This document shows, piece after piece, positions 44,572 through 58,345 of a stretch of DNA of 64,000 nt (positions within the stretch are counted from its first letter, which is position 1; every line of letters starts with the position of its first letter). The DNA lies in the NCBI RefSeq assembly GCF_009914755.1, contig NC_060930.1; one strand, given 5' to 3'. Both the position numbers and the translations under genes were made by a program. Origin of the DNA: the human T2T-CHM13v2.0 reference genome, Homo sapiens. The notes beneath the pieces are model-generated. The model was not told the DNA's origin. It did not search any database and saw nothing but the letters and a program-made list of their open reading frames with translations.

Positions 44572-45700
44572 GATTCCTCTTTCAGCCATAATGGAATAAC
44601 TGATATCAGATTTGCTTTCTTACTGTAAACAACTAGAAAACAGGGCAGAGTATAGAAAAGGATTGTTACCAGATCTTAGAAATGGCAGTACAGGATTACT
44701 ATCCCTGAGAGAAAATAAACGAATGAGGTGACCCTTGTAATTGCCTCACCTTCCTTCCTTCCAGGCCACAATACTGGGAGAAGGAGCATAGCTTTCTCAC
44801 TGAGCTGAGGATACAGAGTTTGGAGTTCAGGGAAGATGGAGAGACTGGAATGTGTGGTGCAGGTTGCTAGAGAAGCAATCTATGCAGATAAAAACATTCC
44901 CCAAATCTGCATGGAATCCTCTCTGGTCTTTGCCTGAATAACATGAGCACACTGTGAGAATCCACAAGACTAGGCAATAAAAAACAACTTCTGAAGAAAA
45001 ACAACAAAAAGCATGGAGCTCTGTGCAGAATAATTCCCAGAGCTCACACAGGAGTGAGACACCTTTGAGATTCATCCAGCTAGTGTGGAGTATACTCTTG
45101 AAACACCCAGAATATTCAGGAGACACCCAAGACACTCCAGTCTTACTAATAAAGCTAAACTGCTTGTAGAATAAAGGTTGGCCTAAACCCATCCTAACAA
45201 GTTTTAAAATAAGCTTTAAAAATATGGAGCTCACATATAAATAACTTACTGCCAAAAGAAAATTTAATACTACTTAAAGAAAAATAAAACCCCAAAGAGA
45301 CATATTGTATATATATTTATATATTTTAAGTAATATAATATATGCTAGTATAATACATAAATATATTATGCTAATATATACTATATTATTCAGTAATATA
45401 TATGCTAATATAGTATATAAATATATATTGTGTTATATATATTTATATATATATTCTCTCTCTCTTATCATATATATAAATAGAGAGAGAGAGAGAGAGA
45501 GAGATACTTGCAGCAATGTGATGTTACAATGTCCAGTTTCCATTAAAACATCACTGGACATATGGAGAAGCATGAAAAATGTGACCCACAACCATAAAAA
45601 AATCAGTCAATAGGCACAGACACAGAAATAATAGAGAGATAAAATTAAGAAGGAGTTCAGAAAAGCTATTATAAATATGTTCAATTTTTTTAAACATAAG
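44572..45700 (+). mobile_element. Ancient L1M 5' region, related to the copy at 24549
   Basis: GATTCCTCTTTCAGCCATAATGGAATAACTG..ATCAGATTTGC parallels 24549; contains AT-rich and (GA)n expansion 45300-45503. Confidence 0.75.
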
Positions 45701-45859
45701 AATGTTATGGAAATTTTAAACACGAGAACATCTAAGAGAGGAGAAAGATGGAGTTGAAAAAGCAATTTGTAGCCAGGTTATGAACTATGGATGTCAGGTT
45801 CGCACACCTGCACACCCACATGGATTATACACTTGCAGAGTGGAACTGATAGGCAGAGA

Positions 45860-46060
45860 GGCCCTGGAGCAGGACTGCATTGGTTACCAGGCTGTAGATA
45901 CCAGACACCTCAGCATGACCCTCTCAAGACACTTAATCCCACAATATCTTCCTTCCTGTCTGATAAATAGTTGTAATAATATTACCTAGTTACAGGTTAT
46001 GCTGGTGACTAATTAAGTTACTGCAACCAAAGGGTTATAGAAGTGTTAGCTATTATTATG
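45860..46060 (+). mobile_element. MIR
   Basis: CTGGAGCAGGACTGC..ACACTTAA..GTTAGCTATTATTA. Confidence 0.55.
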
Positions 46061-46628
46061 TGTGTATGTGCATGTGTGTGTATACACGCACTGACTTATA
46101 TGTGACATTATTCTCTGTTTGTTTTTCTCTTACAGGTTCTGTGGGAAGTCATCACTGCTGAGAGTAGAGAATGAAATCAGCAAGTATCTAGCATATACCA
46201 TATATGTGACTTCCTTCCATCTGAGTCCAGGAAGTCAGTCTGATAACCATCACAGCTTTCCTTCATCCATCCAACTCTAACTGGAACCATATGGATATTA
46301 CAAAATCTCAACCTTGAACTCCCTTTAATGCAGCCAGGGGTTCAAGTTTATTTAAGTGTTTGATCTCCTGTTTTCCCTATGTATGAGATGGGAGTATTTC
46401 TCTGTCAATATTTAAAAGCTGGTACCAAATGACCTTGAGTATGGTTAAGTAGTTTTCTCTATCAGTTCATCTCTTATGGTTTGGCTCTAGTGAAGTTTAA
46501 GGAAGTGATTTGATTATAGAAGGATGTGGGATTCTACCAACTGCACATTTCTAATCTTAGTGGAGGCATTTACTTATTTCATTAAGTGTTCGCCTGGTGT
46601 CTCACCTTCTTGGAAGAGTTTTCTCATG

Positions 46629-47400
46629 TGTACTAGCCAGCATTCAACCAGAGAAGCAGAACCACTAGGAGATTTATATGCATGAGAATATTATAAGGGA
46701 TTTCACAACTGTGGAAGCTGGTTAAGTTTCAAGTGAGATGCCAATGCAGGAAGTCCAGAGGGCAGATAGTCAGGAAGATTACTGCTATAGACTGAATGTT
46801 TGTGTCCCTACAAAATTTATTTATTAAAATTCTAACCCCCAATGTGATGGTATTAGGAGACGGGGTCTTCAGGAGGTGATTAGTTCATGAGGGTGGAGCA
46901 CTCATGAATGCAGTTACTGTCTTCATAAAAGAAATCCTAGAGAGCTCTCTCCCCACTTCCACAGATGTCTCACCAGACACTGAATCTGCCGGCACTTTGA
47001 TCTTGGACTCCGCAGCCCCAAGAACTGAAAGAAATAAGTTTCTGTTGTTTAGAAGCCTTCCAGTATATGATAGTTTGTTATAGAAGCCCAAATGGCCTAA
47101 GGCAGTTACAAAGTGGGGGAGAGCAAAACAAGCTGGAGCTCAAGTGCATGGAGCAGGACACAAAGGCCCAAAGACTGACTGAAACTCCTGTCCACTCTTC
47201 TTGCTCTGTCATTGGTAGCATGGGCATCCCGCAGAAGCCAGGGCCCTTCTTCAACAGAGGTAAAGACATATACCTGACCCAGAAATCAGAGAAGGGGGAG
47301 AAGGCTCCAGGGAGAGGAAAAGCAGCTGCAGACCCACGTGTTGCTTTAAGCCAACAGAGTCAGTCAACTATAGTTGATTATTTGTGTTGAAAACCAATGT
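46629..47400 (-). mobile_element. Old ERVL-class LTR (MLT2-related), split by MLT1A
   Basis: TGTACTAGCCAGCATTCAACCAGAGAAGCAGAACCACTAGGAGAT start resembles a reversed ERVL LTR end. Confidence 0.6.
46783..47104 (+). mobile_element. MLT1A0-like MaLR LTR
   Basis: TGCTATAGACTGAATGTTTGTGTCCC..CCTAAGGCA; near-TSD ATTAC/GTTAC. Confidence 0.9.
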
Positions 47401-47869
47401 ATAAACTGCAGAATCATAAGGCCGCTAGAAATTGCAGAGGTCATTTATTCCAGTCTTCTATCTCCAGAAAGGCTGTGTCCAAATCTTTTCAGACAAAACC
47501 CCTGCCATCTCTCTCTTTGTGCAAGGTGTCCTCACATAGGCTTTCAACCACCCTTTGCATTATTTAACAATAGGTTGGACTCTGCTTCTATCTGTATCAA
47601 TTGTAAAACTGAAATAATTTTGAAAATTTGGACTATGTATCTATTATTAACTAACATTTCTGGAAAACTTAAGTGAAAATGGAATTTGTGGATTTGTGAG
47701 GAAATAGTTGTAATTATCTACCTGGCATTGATAGTGGCTATTTATTCATTTGGTCAGTGGTCAATTTGACTGGCTACTCCAGAGTTTCATGGCTACCCTA
47801 GCTCATGGGCAAAGTGGACTGTGCTGAGACCATAACAAGCCCTAAGGCCAAAATAAACAATTTTGAGAT

Positions 47870-48238
<369 letters not shown>

Positions 48239-49123
48239 TTATCTTGTTAGTAAATATTACTACTTCTAGTAAGATAATTTCCCCTTGTTTCTAACATAAA
48301 CCTTCAATTTCAACAATTCCCTTTTCTTTATTCAACTTGAATCAGTAACAGAGTGTCCAGCATCTTGCTAATTAGGCCTTTGTATAAATGAAGACATTTT
48401 AGCCACACAGTTTTTCTTAAGTAATTCTGATTTCTGTAGCCATCCTACTCCTTTATTTTCTAGCCCTTTGGTCATTTCTTCCTTTCATCTCCCAAAATCT
48501 TGACAAATTCTCTTCCTATTTCCTAGGCTCTAAAACTATAGAAAAGTTAGATGGAAGACATTGTTTAAATCGGGATTAAAGATGTGCAGAGGACATTTGT
48601 GCAGCATAATTTTCTTACTATATTCAGTGTGGACATCTTCTAAACAGTATTCTGGATGGGAAGTTCGCAGCCCTTCACTGTTCCCCAGTTCTGCAATTCA
48701 CTTGATCACTTTGTCTTGATGTAGTCCTCGTGTCATTTTAAAGGCTTTATCTTAATAGCTTAAGCTGCACTTATTATATTTTATATCATATAAACAGTCT
48801 GTAAAGAGACCTTAAAAGGCAAATTGATTTTTTTTTTTTTTTTTTTTGTTAATCACAACAAGGAAAAGGATGGTTCACCTTCACCTCCTTGAGGTTGTTA
48901 TGCTTTGTTTGCCAAGCAATCCGGAATAAGAATTATGCAACAGAATTCTAATAGAACACTCTCAACTGTCAATATCATGTACAGATCATGTCTACCAGTG
49001 GCATTACTGAAGGTGAATAGTGAATACTGTCTTCACAGGAATTCTGCATGGGACAGTGATTTGCTTTGCTCTCCTGTTACCTCTAGACTATTTAGATCTT
49101 CTCAGAAGAAATGTGATGGATAT

Positions 49124-51385
49124 TGTCTTTGTCTGCCCAAGTTGCCATAGTAAAATACCATATACTGGGTGTTTTAAGTTACAGAAATTTATTTCTTACA
49201 GTTCTGGAGCCTGAGAAGGCCCAGTCAAGGGGCTAGACAGTTCTGTTTCTCCTGAGGGCCTTCTTCCTGGTGTGCAGATGGCACCTTCTTTCTGTGTCCT
49301 TGCTTGGCAGAAGAGAGCATGCTCTGGTGTCTCTTCCTTTTTCATAAGGGCACGAGCCCTGTTGGAGTAGGACCCCACCTTCATGATCTCTATTAACCTT
49401 TATCATCTACTCACAGGCTCTATCTCCAAATACAGTCACATTGTGGGTTAGGCCTTCAACATGTGAATTTGGGGGAATACAAAAATTCAGTCCATAACAT
49501 TCTGCCCCTGACCTCTCAAATTTTAAATTCTTCTTCCATGCAAAATACTTTCATTTTGTTCCAACAATTCCAACCCTAAAAGTCTAAATTCATTCCACCA
49601 TCAGCTCTAAAGCTTAAAGTTCAAAGTCTCATCTAAACATCTAAATCAGATATAGATGTGAATCACAGTATGATTCATTCTGAGGCAAAATTCCCCTGCA
49701 GCTTGTGAACCTGTGAAACCAAATGAGCTATGGGCTTCCAAAATACAATGGTGAGAATAGACATTCCCATTCTCAAAGAGAGAAATTGGGAGAAAGAAAG
49801 TGGTGATGTTCTCAAGAAGACCCAAAACCGAGGAGGGCAAATCCATTAGACCTTAAGGTTTGAGAATAATCCTCTTTGGCTTGACGTCTGTGATTATTAA
49901 TACTGAGTGTCAACTTGATTAGATTGAAGGATACAAAATATTGATCCTGGGTGTGTCTATGAGGGTATTGCCAAAGGAGATTAACATACGAGTCAGTGGA
50001 CTGGGAAAGGCAGACTCACTCTTAATCAGGATGGTCACAGTCTAACCAGCTGCCAGCATGGCTAGATTATAAGCAGCCAGAAAAATGTGAAAAGACAGAC
50101 TGGCCTAGCCTCCCAGCCTACATCTTTCTCCCATGTTGGATGCTTCCTGCCCTCGAACATCAAACTCCAAGTTATTCAGTTTTGGGACTTGGACTGGCTC
50201 TCCTTGCTCCTCAGCCTGCAGATGGCCTATGGTGGGACTTTGTGATAGTATGAATTAATACTTAACAAACTCCCCTTTATATATATATATTATATATAAT
50301 ATATGTTAAATATATATAAGTATATATAGTATATATAATATATATTAAATATATTTAATTTTATATATATTAAATTATATATTATATATAATTTAATATA
50401 TATAAAATTAAATATATTATAAATATATATTTAATATATATTATATATATAATATATATATATTCCATTAGTTTTGTCCCTCTAGATAACCCTAATACAA
50501 TGTCCCAACTTCCAGCCTTCCTGGGATGGTAGTGTCATTCCACAGCTTTGCAGAGCCACCCTGTTCCTCCAGCTATCTGGGAGGGACCTGCCCCCACAAC
50601 TGTCTGAGAGGGCCCCACCCCTGAGGCTCTATGTGAGGGCCACATAGCTCTATGCCAGATCCTCTTTCTCTGAAACCAAGGAGAAAACAGTCTTACCCCT
50701 TGGGCCTGTGGCAGGAGTGGCAGTCCTGCCTATCTCTGAATTCACTTCAGGGCCATTCTTCCCTTTTCTTGAAGAACAGTGCATCTTCACAGCCAAATAC
50801 CTCTATGGTCCTGCCCTGTAGAATCCAAGCAGCCTTGACAGCCTTCCTTTATTTTGTCCCATCTCCATCCCCTTTCCTTCAAACTGGCAGAGTTTCTGCT
50901 CATATACGCCACAAACTCTTTGTCAAGTGATAGTTCAGCCACACCTTTGATGTTCTCTTTAGAACATGCTTTATCTTTTTTTGCAATATGGATAGACTGA
51001 GGATTTTCTCAATATTTAATTTCCCATATTTTTGGGGGTTTTTTGTGAGTTGGTTGGTTTGGGATTTTATTGTTTGTTTGCTTAACAATTCCTTCTTCAA
51101 TTTATCTCTCTCTTCTTGTGTTTTACTATAAGCAGTCAGGTGATACCAAGCCACTGCTTCAACACTTTGCTTAGAAATCTCTTCAGCTATATAACCAACT
51201 TCCTTGCTCTCAAGTTTTACCTTCTGCAAAATGTGAGGACACACAGTTCAGCCAAGTTTGTTACTTTATAACAAGGATAACCTTTCCTTGAGTTTCCTAT
51301 AACATGTTCCTCATTTCTATCTGAAACCTCACCAGAATGGCCTCTAATGTACATATTTCTACCAATATTCTGTTCATGATTATAT
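49124..51385 (-). mobile_element. MLT1A LTR (49124-49499) with attached MaLR internal sequence
   Basis: LTR ends CAGTCCATAACA and runs into MaLR-int; minus ORFs give EVGYIAEEISKQSVE and EVSDRNEEHVIGN, typical of MaLR internal ORF remnants. Confidence 0.85.
49889..50499 (+). mobile_element. MLT2A (MLT2A1-like, HERV-L) solo LTR nested in MaLR-int
   Basis: TGTGAT..TTAATACTGAGTGTCAACTTGATTAGATTGAAGGATACAAA start, CCCTAATACA end; TSD ACGTC/ATGTC (CpG decay). Confidence 0.92.
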
Positions 51386-51389
51386 CCCA

Positions 51390-51640
51390 GCCCAAGGAAG
51401 TTGGGTGGGACAGGTTTCCCCTTACTCATGGGAATGTCAGCCTTCTGTCCTGTTCAGGCCCTCAACTAACTGAATGAGACCCACTCAAAATATGGAGGAC
51501 AATAAGCTTTACTCAGTCTACTGAATCAAATGTTGGTTTCATCCACAAACACCCTCACAGACACATCCAAAATAATGCCTGAACAAATATCAGGGCACCC
51601 CATGGCCGTGGCAAGTTGGCATATAAAATTCACCATCACA
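51390..51640 (-). mobile_element. MLT2C/D-type LTR fragment
   Basis: GCTTTACTCAGTCTACTGA..AACACCCTCACAGACACA..TAAAATTCACCATCACA. Confidence 0.82.
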
Positions 51641-52711
51641 GGTACCTTCTATTTTACTTCCAAAATTTGTCTGGATTTATTGACAGGATATGTTTTTTAT
51701 TGTCTGTTTAATTGATTCATCCAACAAAAATTCATGAGTTACTATTATGTGCAGAGCTATACAATTTCCTATATTCTGTACAAAATTCTGACTGCTCAGA
51801 GAAAGACTTTTTTCATTTACCACTTAAGCAGAGGAGGGAATAATTACTTTCTTTCCCTTTAAGAGACATACGATATTTGAGAAAATGCTGGTTAGTGGAA
51901 TACCTGTTCTCAGCATGGTTTTCCAACACTTTAGACTTACAAATAAGTGACCTGTTACAGACATTGATGTTGGCAATATCAGTAGGTCTGAGACGCAGAC
52001 CAGGGTAACTATATTGGAAACCTACAGTGAAAATCATATATAAAAAGAAAAAATATTCACTTACTTGCAACTGTAGACACGTGCTGATGAGAAGGGAGTG
52101 AGAGCTGAAATCACTGGTCATTCCAAATGGTCTGAGGGCCCAGTCTCAGCCCTAACCCTGCCAGAGAAGGGCAGGTTTCTAGGGGCTGTTTGATTTGTGG
52201 ACTCTGACTCAGCAGGGCTTCAGCAGCACTTACATCATGTAAAAGAATGATTTGATGCAAGCCTCATTTAAAGGGTCACTAGATAGCTATGATTTTTGAC
52301 GTCTGCCTGTTTCTGCTCAATGCGTGTAGAAACAAAAAACAAAACATTTTGATCAATCTAGCTCCCTTCAAAAAAAGGTAAGATAGTAGTGACTGTACAG
52401 ATAACAAGGTCACTTCTCGATAATATCTAGATGTAGACAAAAGAAAACAGCAATAAAGAGCCATAGTATCTCACGACGGTGAGATCATTGTGACAACACA
52501 CTGATTCTTCAGGGAATGTGCCTGTGTCTAAGACACTTTCTCAGTATGTATTTAGGAGCCCATTCTGCAGTGCGAGCGCTAAGCTATTTCCCATTTTAGT
52601 GGTATCTATAACAGATAATAAAAATCACTGGATATTTACAAAAACCTTATCTACGGAAAGGAAAGAACCAAGTTTCCAACAAATACATCAGAGTTTTGTG
52701 AAAGAAAATCA

Positions 52712-53037
<326 letters not shown>

Positions 53038-53045
<8 letters not shown>

Positions 53046-53068
53046 GAAAGAAAGAAAGAGACAGAGGA

Positions 53069-53131
<63 letters not shown>

Positions 53132-53272
53132 GAAGAAAGAAAGAAAGAAAGAGAAAGAGAGGAAGGAAGGAAGGAAGAAGAGGGAGGGAGGGAGAGAGGG
53201 AGGAAGAGAGGAAGAAAAAGTAAGGAAGGAAGGAAGGAAGGAAGGAAGGAACAAAAAGGAAGGAAGAGAGGG
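53038..53272. repeat. (GAAA)n/(GGAA)n/(GGGA)n polypurine tract
   Basis: About 235 bp, almost pure purine. Confidence 0.97.
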
Positions 53273-54204
53273 AATAAATTCATAGGTAAAGGGGGAACTC
53301 AGTAAGTATAATCTCAACATCCAAAAGTCCTTCAAAAGGGCTTATTCAAATATCTATCATGGAAATTGCCTTCCAATGTGACTATCCTTACAGTCTGTGG
53401 TGACTAGAGAAAAAGATTGATTTATCAGTAACAGAGAAATGCCTTGTGTAAGGATAAATGGGCACTGAAATAGATGAAGGATTTTACACCATGGAAGATC
53501 AGTATTCTAACTAGTTTCATGTAATAAGTAAATGTCATGGAGGAGTCAGGAGGGGAATGTAGAAGTTTAAAGATGGAATTAAACTCTTTGGAGTAGTGAA
53601 AACACCACATTAATGAGGAGTACAGGAGATTTAACTTGGTCTAATGAACGGAGAAAAATTGCAGATAAATTTCTTTGTGAGTAAGCACAAAGTACTGCAA
53701 TTATAGATATAAACTTACGGACACTGAGCTATAATTTATAGCCCAGATAATGGTTTTGGAAAGTTACGAAGGGTATTGTGAAGACGTGATGCTTAAAGTT
53801 ATTTTAGCAATAGATAATGAATACATAAGTGAAGACCCTAAAGATATTGGCCAGTTGAGGCACTGTTTATAAAGCCCAGAAAAATACTGAATATCATCAA
53901 AGCCCTCAAACCCCAAGCACATCTTTTAACATTTATTACATTACCATGGGTTCAATATTAATACAGAATGGGATCTTATATTAACATGTCATATGGAAAG
54001 ATAAGTAATCAGACCAAGCCTGTCATTGAAAGCATCTAAAATTTCCTGAAAGCATATTTTAAGATATTTCTAAAAGCACTGAAAAGCTAGCAAGATAGCA
54101 TTAATAAACCAACACAGAAACCCAAAGAGACGAACAGAGCACCAAGACCACTTTTGCCCTAAGGACTTCAAGCTAAGAATTTAAAGTTTTAGAGAGAGAC
54201 AATA

Positions 54205-54420
54205 TATTATAGAAAAAAGTAACCAGCTAACTTGATGCTAGACCAGATTGCCTAGGTTTAAATATTAACTCACCACTTGACTTTGAGCCAGTGATTTAAC
54301 CTAAGTTTTTCAATTATGGAATGGGTTAATGATAGTGCCTCTTAGGGTTGACATGAAGATTAAATAAATTAAAGCACATAGAGCAGTATCTGACAAATAG
54401 GGAGCTATACATAAGTGTAA
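54205..54420 (+). mobile_element. MIR
   Basis: AGACCAGATTGCCTAGGTTTAAAT..GAAGATTAAATAA. Confidence 0.65.
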
Positions 54421-54459
54421 ACAAATTTCAAAGTATTTAAGAAAAAATAAAAAATGGGA

Positions 54460-54625
54460 AAGAGGGGAATGTGATTGGGGAAGGCAGATGGAGCTTTCTG
54501 GGTGTTTGTAATGTTGTTCTTGACCATATTGGAGATTACGCAGAGGTTCACTTTAGTATTATTGTTGAATGATATAACTGTATTTTATTCACTTTTCTGT
54601 ATGTGGTTGTATCTTATTTTTAAAA
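54460..54625 (+). mobile_element. L1ME 3' UTR fragment
   Basis: GAGCTTTCTGGGTGTTTGTAATGTT..CACTTTTCTGTATGT. Confidence 0.6.
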
Positions 54626-54642
54626 TGGAGTAACCCTGGGGG

Positions 54643-55815
54643 AGTGGTTCTCAAATATTTTGTGCTCAGGTCCCTTTAAAGTCTTCAAAACTGTTGATCA
54701 TTACAAACAACTTTTGTTTACAAGTTACATGTATCAGTTATGATTTTAAAAATGAAAACTAAGAAGTTTTAAATAGTTACTAATGAATTTAAAAATCACA
54801 ACAACAATTACATGGTAACATAAATTACATATTTTTAAAAAATTGCTTTATTTTTGGAAACCAAAAACAATTAATGAGAAAAGTGGCATTTAAAAAGATT
54901 TTTGCAAATTGCTTCAATATCTGGCTTAATAAAATCCAGCTAAATTCTCATATCTTCTGCTCTCAATTTGTTGATATTTGTTGCTTTGGTTAAAGTATAT
55001 GAAGAAAATCCAGCCTTATACAGACATGCCTTTGGAAAAAAAAGGGAACATTTAAATTGGCTTTTTAGATATTTGTGAATATTCTTCTTTGATACAATAT
55101 CAAAAGTAGACAAGAGGTAATTTCTTAAATGTTGCTGCAATGTAGAATCAAATTATATCAATAAAATTTTATACATCTGTGCCTCTAACTTTCAGTTTGA
55201 ATGAATCTTTTATTCATTCATAAACTCCTATTCGTTCCCTGAGTTAGGCAGATCTCCCAAATGTTAACACATTTTACTAGGCAATATCATAAGTGGCATT
55301 CATTAATATCACCTCCAATCTCATCGGAAACTTTTTAAGTACTAGAAAACTGTCATATTAAAAATGGCAGATTACATTTTCCAAAGTTTCAATTTTCTCT
55401 TGAAAGCTTTAATTTTATCATTAGCAACAAAGAGTGATGATTGTTTTCCTGAACTGACAGTCTGACATTAATTTTCAAGAAAATGTCTGCCCTATACCCA
55501 AACATGAATAACTGTATCTCATCTGTTAGTAGCTCTTTCAAAAAAAAAAAAAAAAAAACCCCTGATATTCTTGGGAAAAGTGGCTAATTCAGGTTGCAAC
55601 TGAAACAATCTCACATTGCTTGCAATAGCCATCATACTTTGGTGTGCAACAGAAATGGCCTATGTACATTTCCCATTTGGTCATAACGCAAACCTAAAAA
55701 GATATATATTCAAGTATCAAAATTTTAAATGGTAACATGTTTACTGCTTCAACAAGGGCATTCTTAAGTGAAATTGTCTTACTCTTTTTCTTTTTACTGC
55801 AAATGTGTGGTTTGG
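54643..55815 (-). mobile_element. Charlie1-type hAT DNA transposon fragment
   Basis: AGTGGTTCTCAAA..CTCAGGTCCCTTTA end; AATGAGAAAAGTGGCATT, ATCTGGCTTAATA, GAAGAAAATCCAGCCT. Confidence 0.8.
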
Positions 55816-56270
55816 GTAACAAGAAAGACAACTTGGCCTTTCATCCACTGGTCTTTAGTTCCAGTAAGAGATAAGACACACGCTTGAAATGTCCAGGCCA
55901 ATATGAAAAGTCTTATGTTCATCTTGTTGAGGGACATGCAAACACCAGGAGTTCACTAAACTTCATCATGACATTATGCAACCTAACCATTCCTGTGCAT
56001 CTTTCTGATCAAACACATTGATAAATATTCACCTGGAAAGGTATATTTTGTGCCTATTTCAAAGCAAGAAAAAATTGGTCCAATTTAAACCTAGAAATAA
56101 TACCTCTCCTACAATATTTTAAGCATTAATTCAGGCAATTCCGTCTACATATCTGAATGGTCTTGGATCAAAAATGCCTTAATTTATTTATTCCAGTTTT
56201 CTGAGTACTTCACTAGATCACCAAAAACATGCTATGAAAAGGCAAAAGTTCAAATAACAAAAATCTAGTA

Positions 56271-57568
56271 TGAGGGGTCTTCAAAAAATCCATGGAGAAT
56301 GTATATTGTAAAAAAAAAATGCTTGGATTTCAAATTTTTTTCAGCAAAATAAATTTGCACTAATTTGTTAGAGAGTGCAAAAAGAATCTAGTTGGAAGCA
56401 CTGATAAAGAAAAGTTTGAAAAGAACCTCTATCAGAAAAACATGAATTCTGCTAAAACTGAAGCAAGAACAAACATCAAATTTATGATGAAACTTGGGTG
56501 AAAGAATGGTAAAATAATTGATGATTTACAAAAAGTTCCAGGAACCATGCCCCAAAGAAACCAGCAGTTTACAAATGTGTAGCTTATTTTAAGAAGGGAC
56601 AAGGTGACATTGAAGTTGAAGCCCACAGTGGCAGACCATCCACATTAATTTACAAGAAAAAAATTAACCTTTTTCATGCCCTAATTGAATAGGAATAACA
56701 ATAACTGCAGAAACCATAGCCAACACCATAGACATCTCAATTTTTTCAGCTTTCACAATTCTGACAGAAAAATTAAAGCTGAGCAAGCTTTTCACTTCAT
56801 GGGTGCCAAGACTGTTGCAACCAGATCAGCTGCAGACAAGAGCATAGATTTCAATGAAAATTTCAAACAAGTGGAATCAAGATCCTAAAGCATGTCTTCA
56901 AAGAATTGTAACAGGATAGGAAACCTGCCTTTACCAGTATGATCCTGAAGACAAAGCACAATCAAAGCAGAGGCTACTAAGAGGTGGAAGTGGTCTAGTC
57001 ACAGCAGAAATGGATGGTCAAGAGCAAAGGTCATGGCAATGGTTTTTGGGGATGCAAAAAGCATTTTTCTTGTTGACTTTCTGAGGGGCCAAAGAATGAT
57101 AACATCTGCTTATCATGACAGTGCTTGGAGAAAGTTATCCAAAGCTTTAGCAGAAACATGCACGGAAAATATTCACTGGAGTGTCCTTCTCTACCATAAC
57201 AATGTTATTTCTCTCATCAAACTAGGGACATTTTGCAAGAGTTTTTATGGTGAATCATCAGGCATCCACCTTACAGTCCTGATGTGGCTCCTTCTGCCTT
57301 CTTTTTGTTTCCTAAACTTATAAAATTTTTAAAGGGCATCCATTTTTCTTCAGTTAATAATGTAAAAAAGACTGCATTGACATGAGTAAATTCCCAGGAC
57401 CCTCAGTTCTGTAGGGGATGGACTAAATGGCCGGTATTATTGTTTACAAAAGTGTTTTGAATTTGATGGAGCTAATAAAGTGTATATGATAGTGTTTTTA
57501 TGAGAAATAAAGTTTATGTTTTTTATTTATTTAATTTCATTTTCTATGAAATTTTTGAAGTCCCTTCA
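56271..57568 (+). mobile_element. Essentially full-length Hsmar2 mariner transposon (about 1.3 kb)
   Basis: TA|TGAGGGGTCTTCAAAAA..CATGGA left TIR and TTCTATGAAATTTTTGAAGTCCCTTCA right TIR. Confidence 0.95.
56442..57480 (+). pseudogene. Dead Hsmar2 transposase
   Basis: MNSAKTEARTNIKFMMKLG* start, WVP-like TGGGTGCCAAGA, MAMVFGDAKSIFLVDFL, HPPYSPDVAPS; stops and frameshifts. Confidence 0.92.
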
Positions 57569-57626
57569 CATACTTCTTAATTCAGAGATTTAAGTTCAAC
57601 AAATTTAATCTACAAAGAGTTTGAAA

Positions 57627-57627
<1 letters not shown>

Positions 57628-57660
<33 letters not shown>
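57628..57660. repeat. (CA)n microsatellite, about 16 units
   Basis: Direct read. Confidence 0.97.
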
Positions 57661-57662
<2 letters not shown>

Positions 57663-58027
57663 CTCAGACAGCTCTTTGTGAAAATAAAAGCAAAGGCTTT
57701 ACCCTTAGGAGGATTAGATAACATGTGAATGAATATGAGGCCAAACATAAAACCTGGAGTGTCTATGCTGAGTTGGCAGTGATGGGGATGTGAGAAACTG
57801 CAGGTGCTGATGTCAGGGTAGGAGGTAAAGAAGCAGAGGTGGGCTTACTTGATGATAGCATTGTTATCGTACTCTATTCAAGTGGTATAGAGTGCACTTT
57901 ATATAAAGTTCACTGTGGGAAGAAAAATTCTAGAAAAATTATGTTTAACCCAGTTGCTACAGTTAAATGCAGTGTAAAACCAGAAATAAACCAAAGAATC
58001 TTAAGTAAGACCATAAGCTTTGATGAC

Positions 58028-58345
58028 TGTATCAGTTTTCTATTGCTTTATAACAAATTACACTTAGAGGTTTAAAACAACACCCACCCATGTATTAGTT
58101 TACAGTTTGGTAAGTCACAAGTCCCAGCACCGTGTAACCAGATTATCTGCTCAGGGTCTTATGAGACTAAAGTCAAGTTGTCAGCCAGGCTGCATTTCTT
58201 TCTGGAAGCTCTGAGGAAGAATCTGCTTCCACACTCATGCAAGTTGCTGGCCAAATTCAGTTAGTTCCTTGCATTTGTAAGATGGAGGTCCCTATTCCCC
58301 TGCAGGATGTCAATCACAGCCACTCAGATCTCAGAGGCCACCCAT
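58028..58345 (-). mobile_element. MLT1 (E/F-like) MaLR LTR fragment
   Basis: TGTATCAGTTTTCTATTGCT..TAACAAATTAC..TCTGCTCAGGGTCT..GAATCTGCTTCCA. Confidence 0.82.

Noticed and set aside
44827-45255. 142-aa minus-strand ORF
   Set aside because: Lies antisense within an L1M 5' region; no recognisable domain
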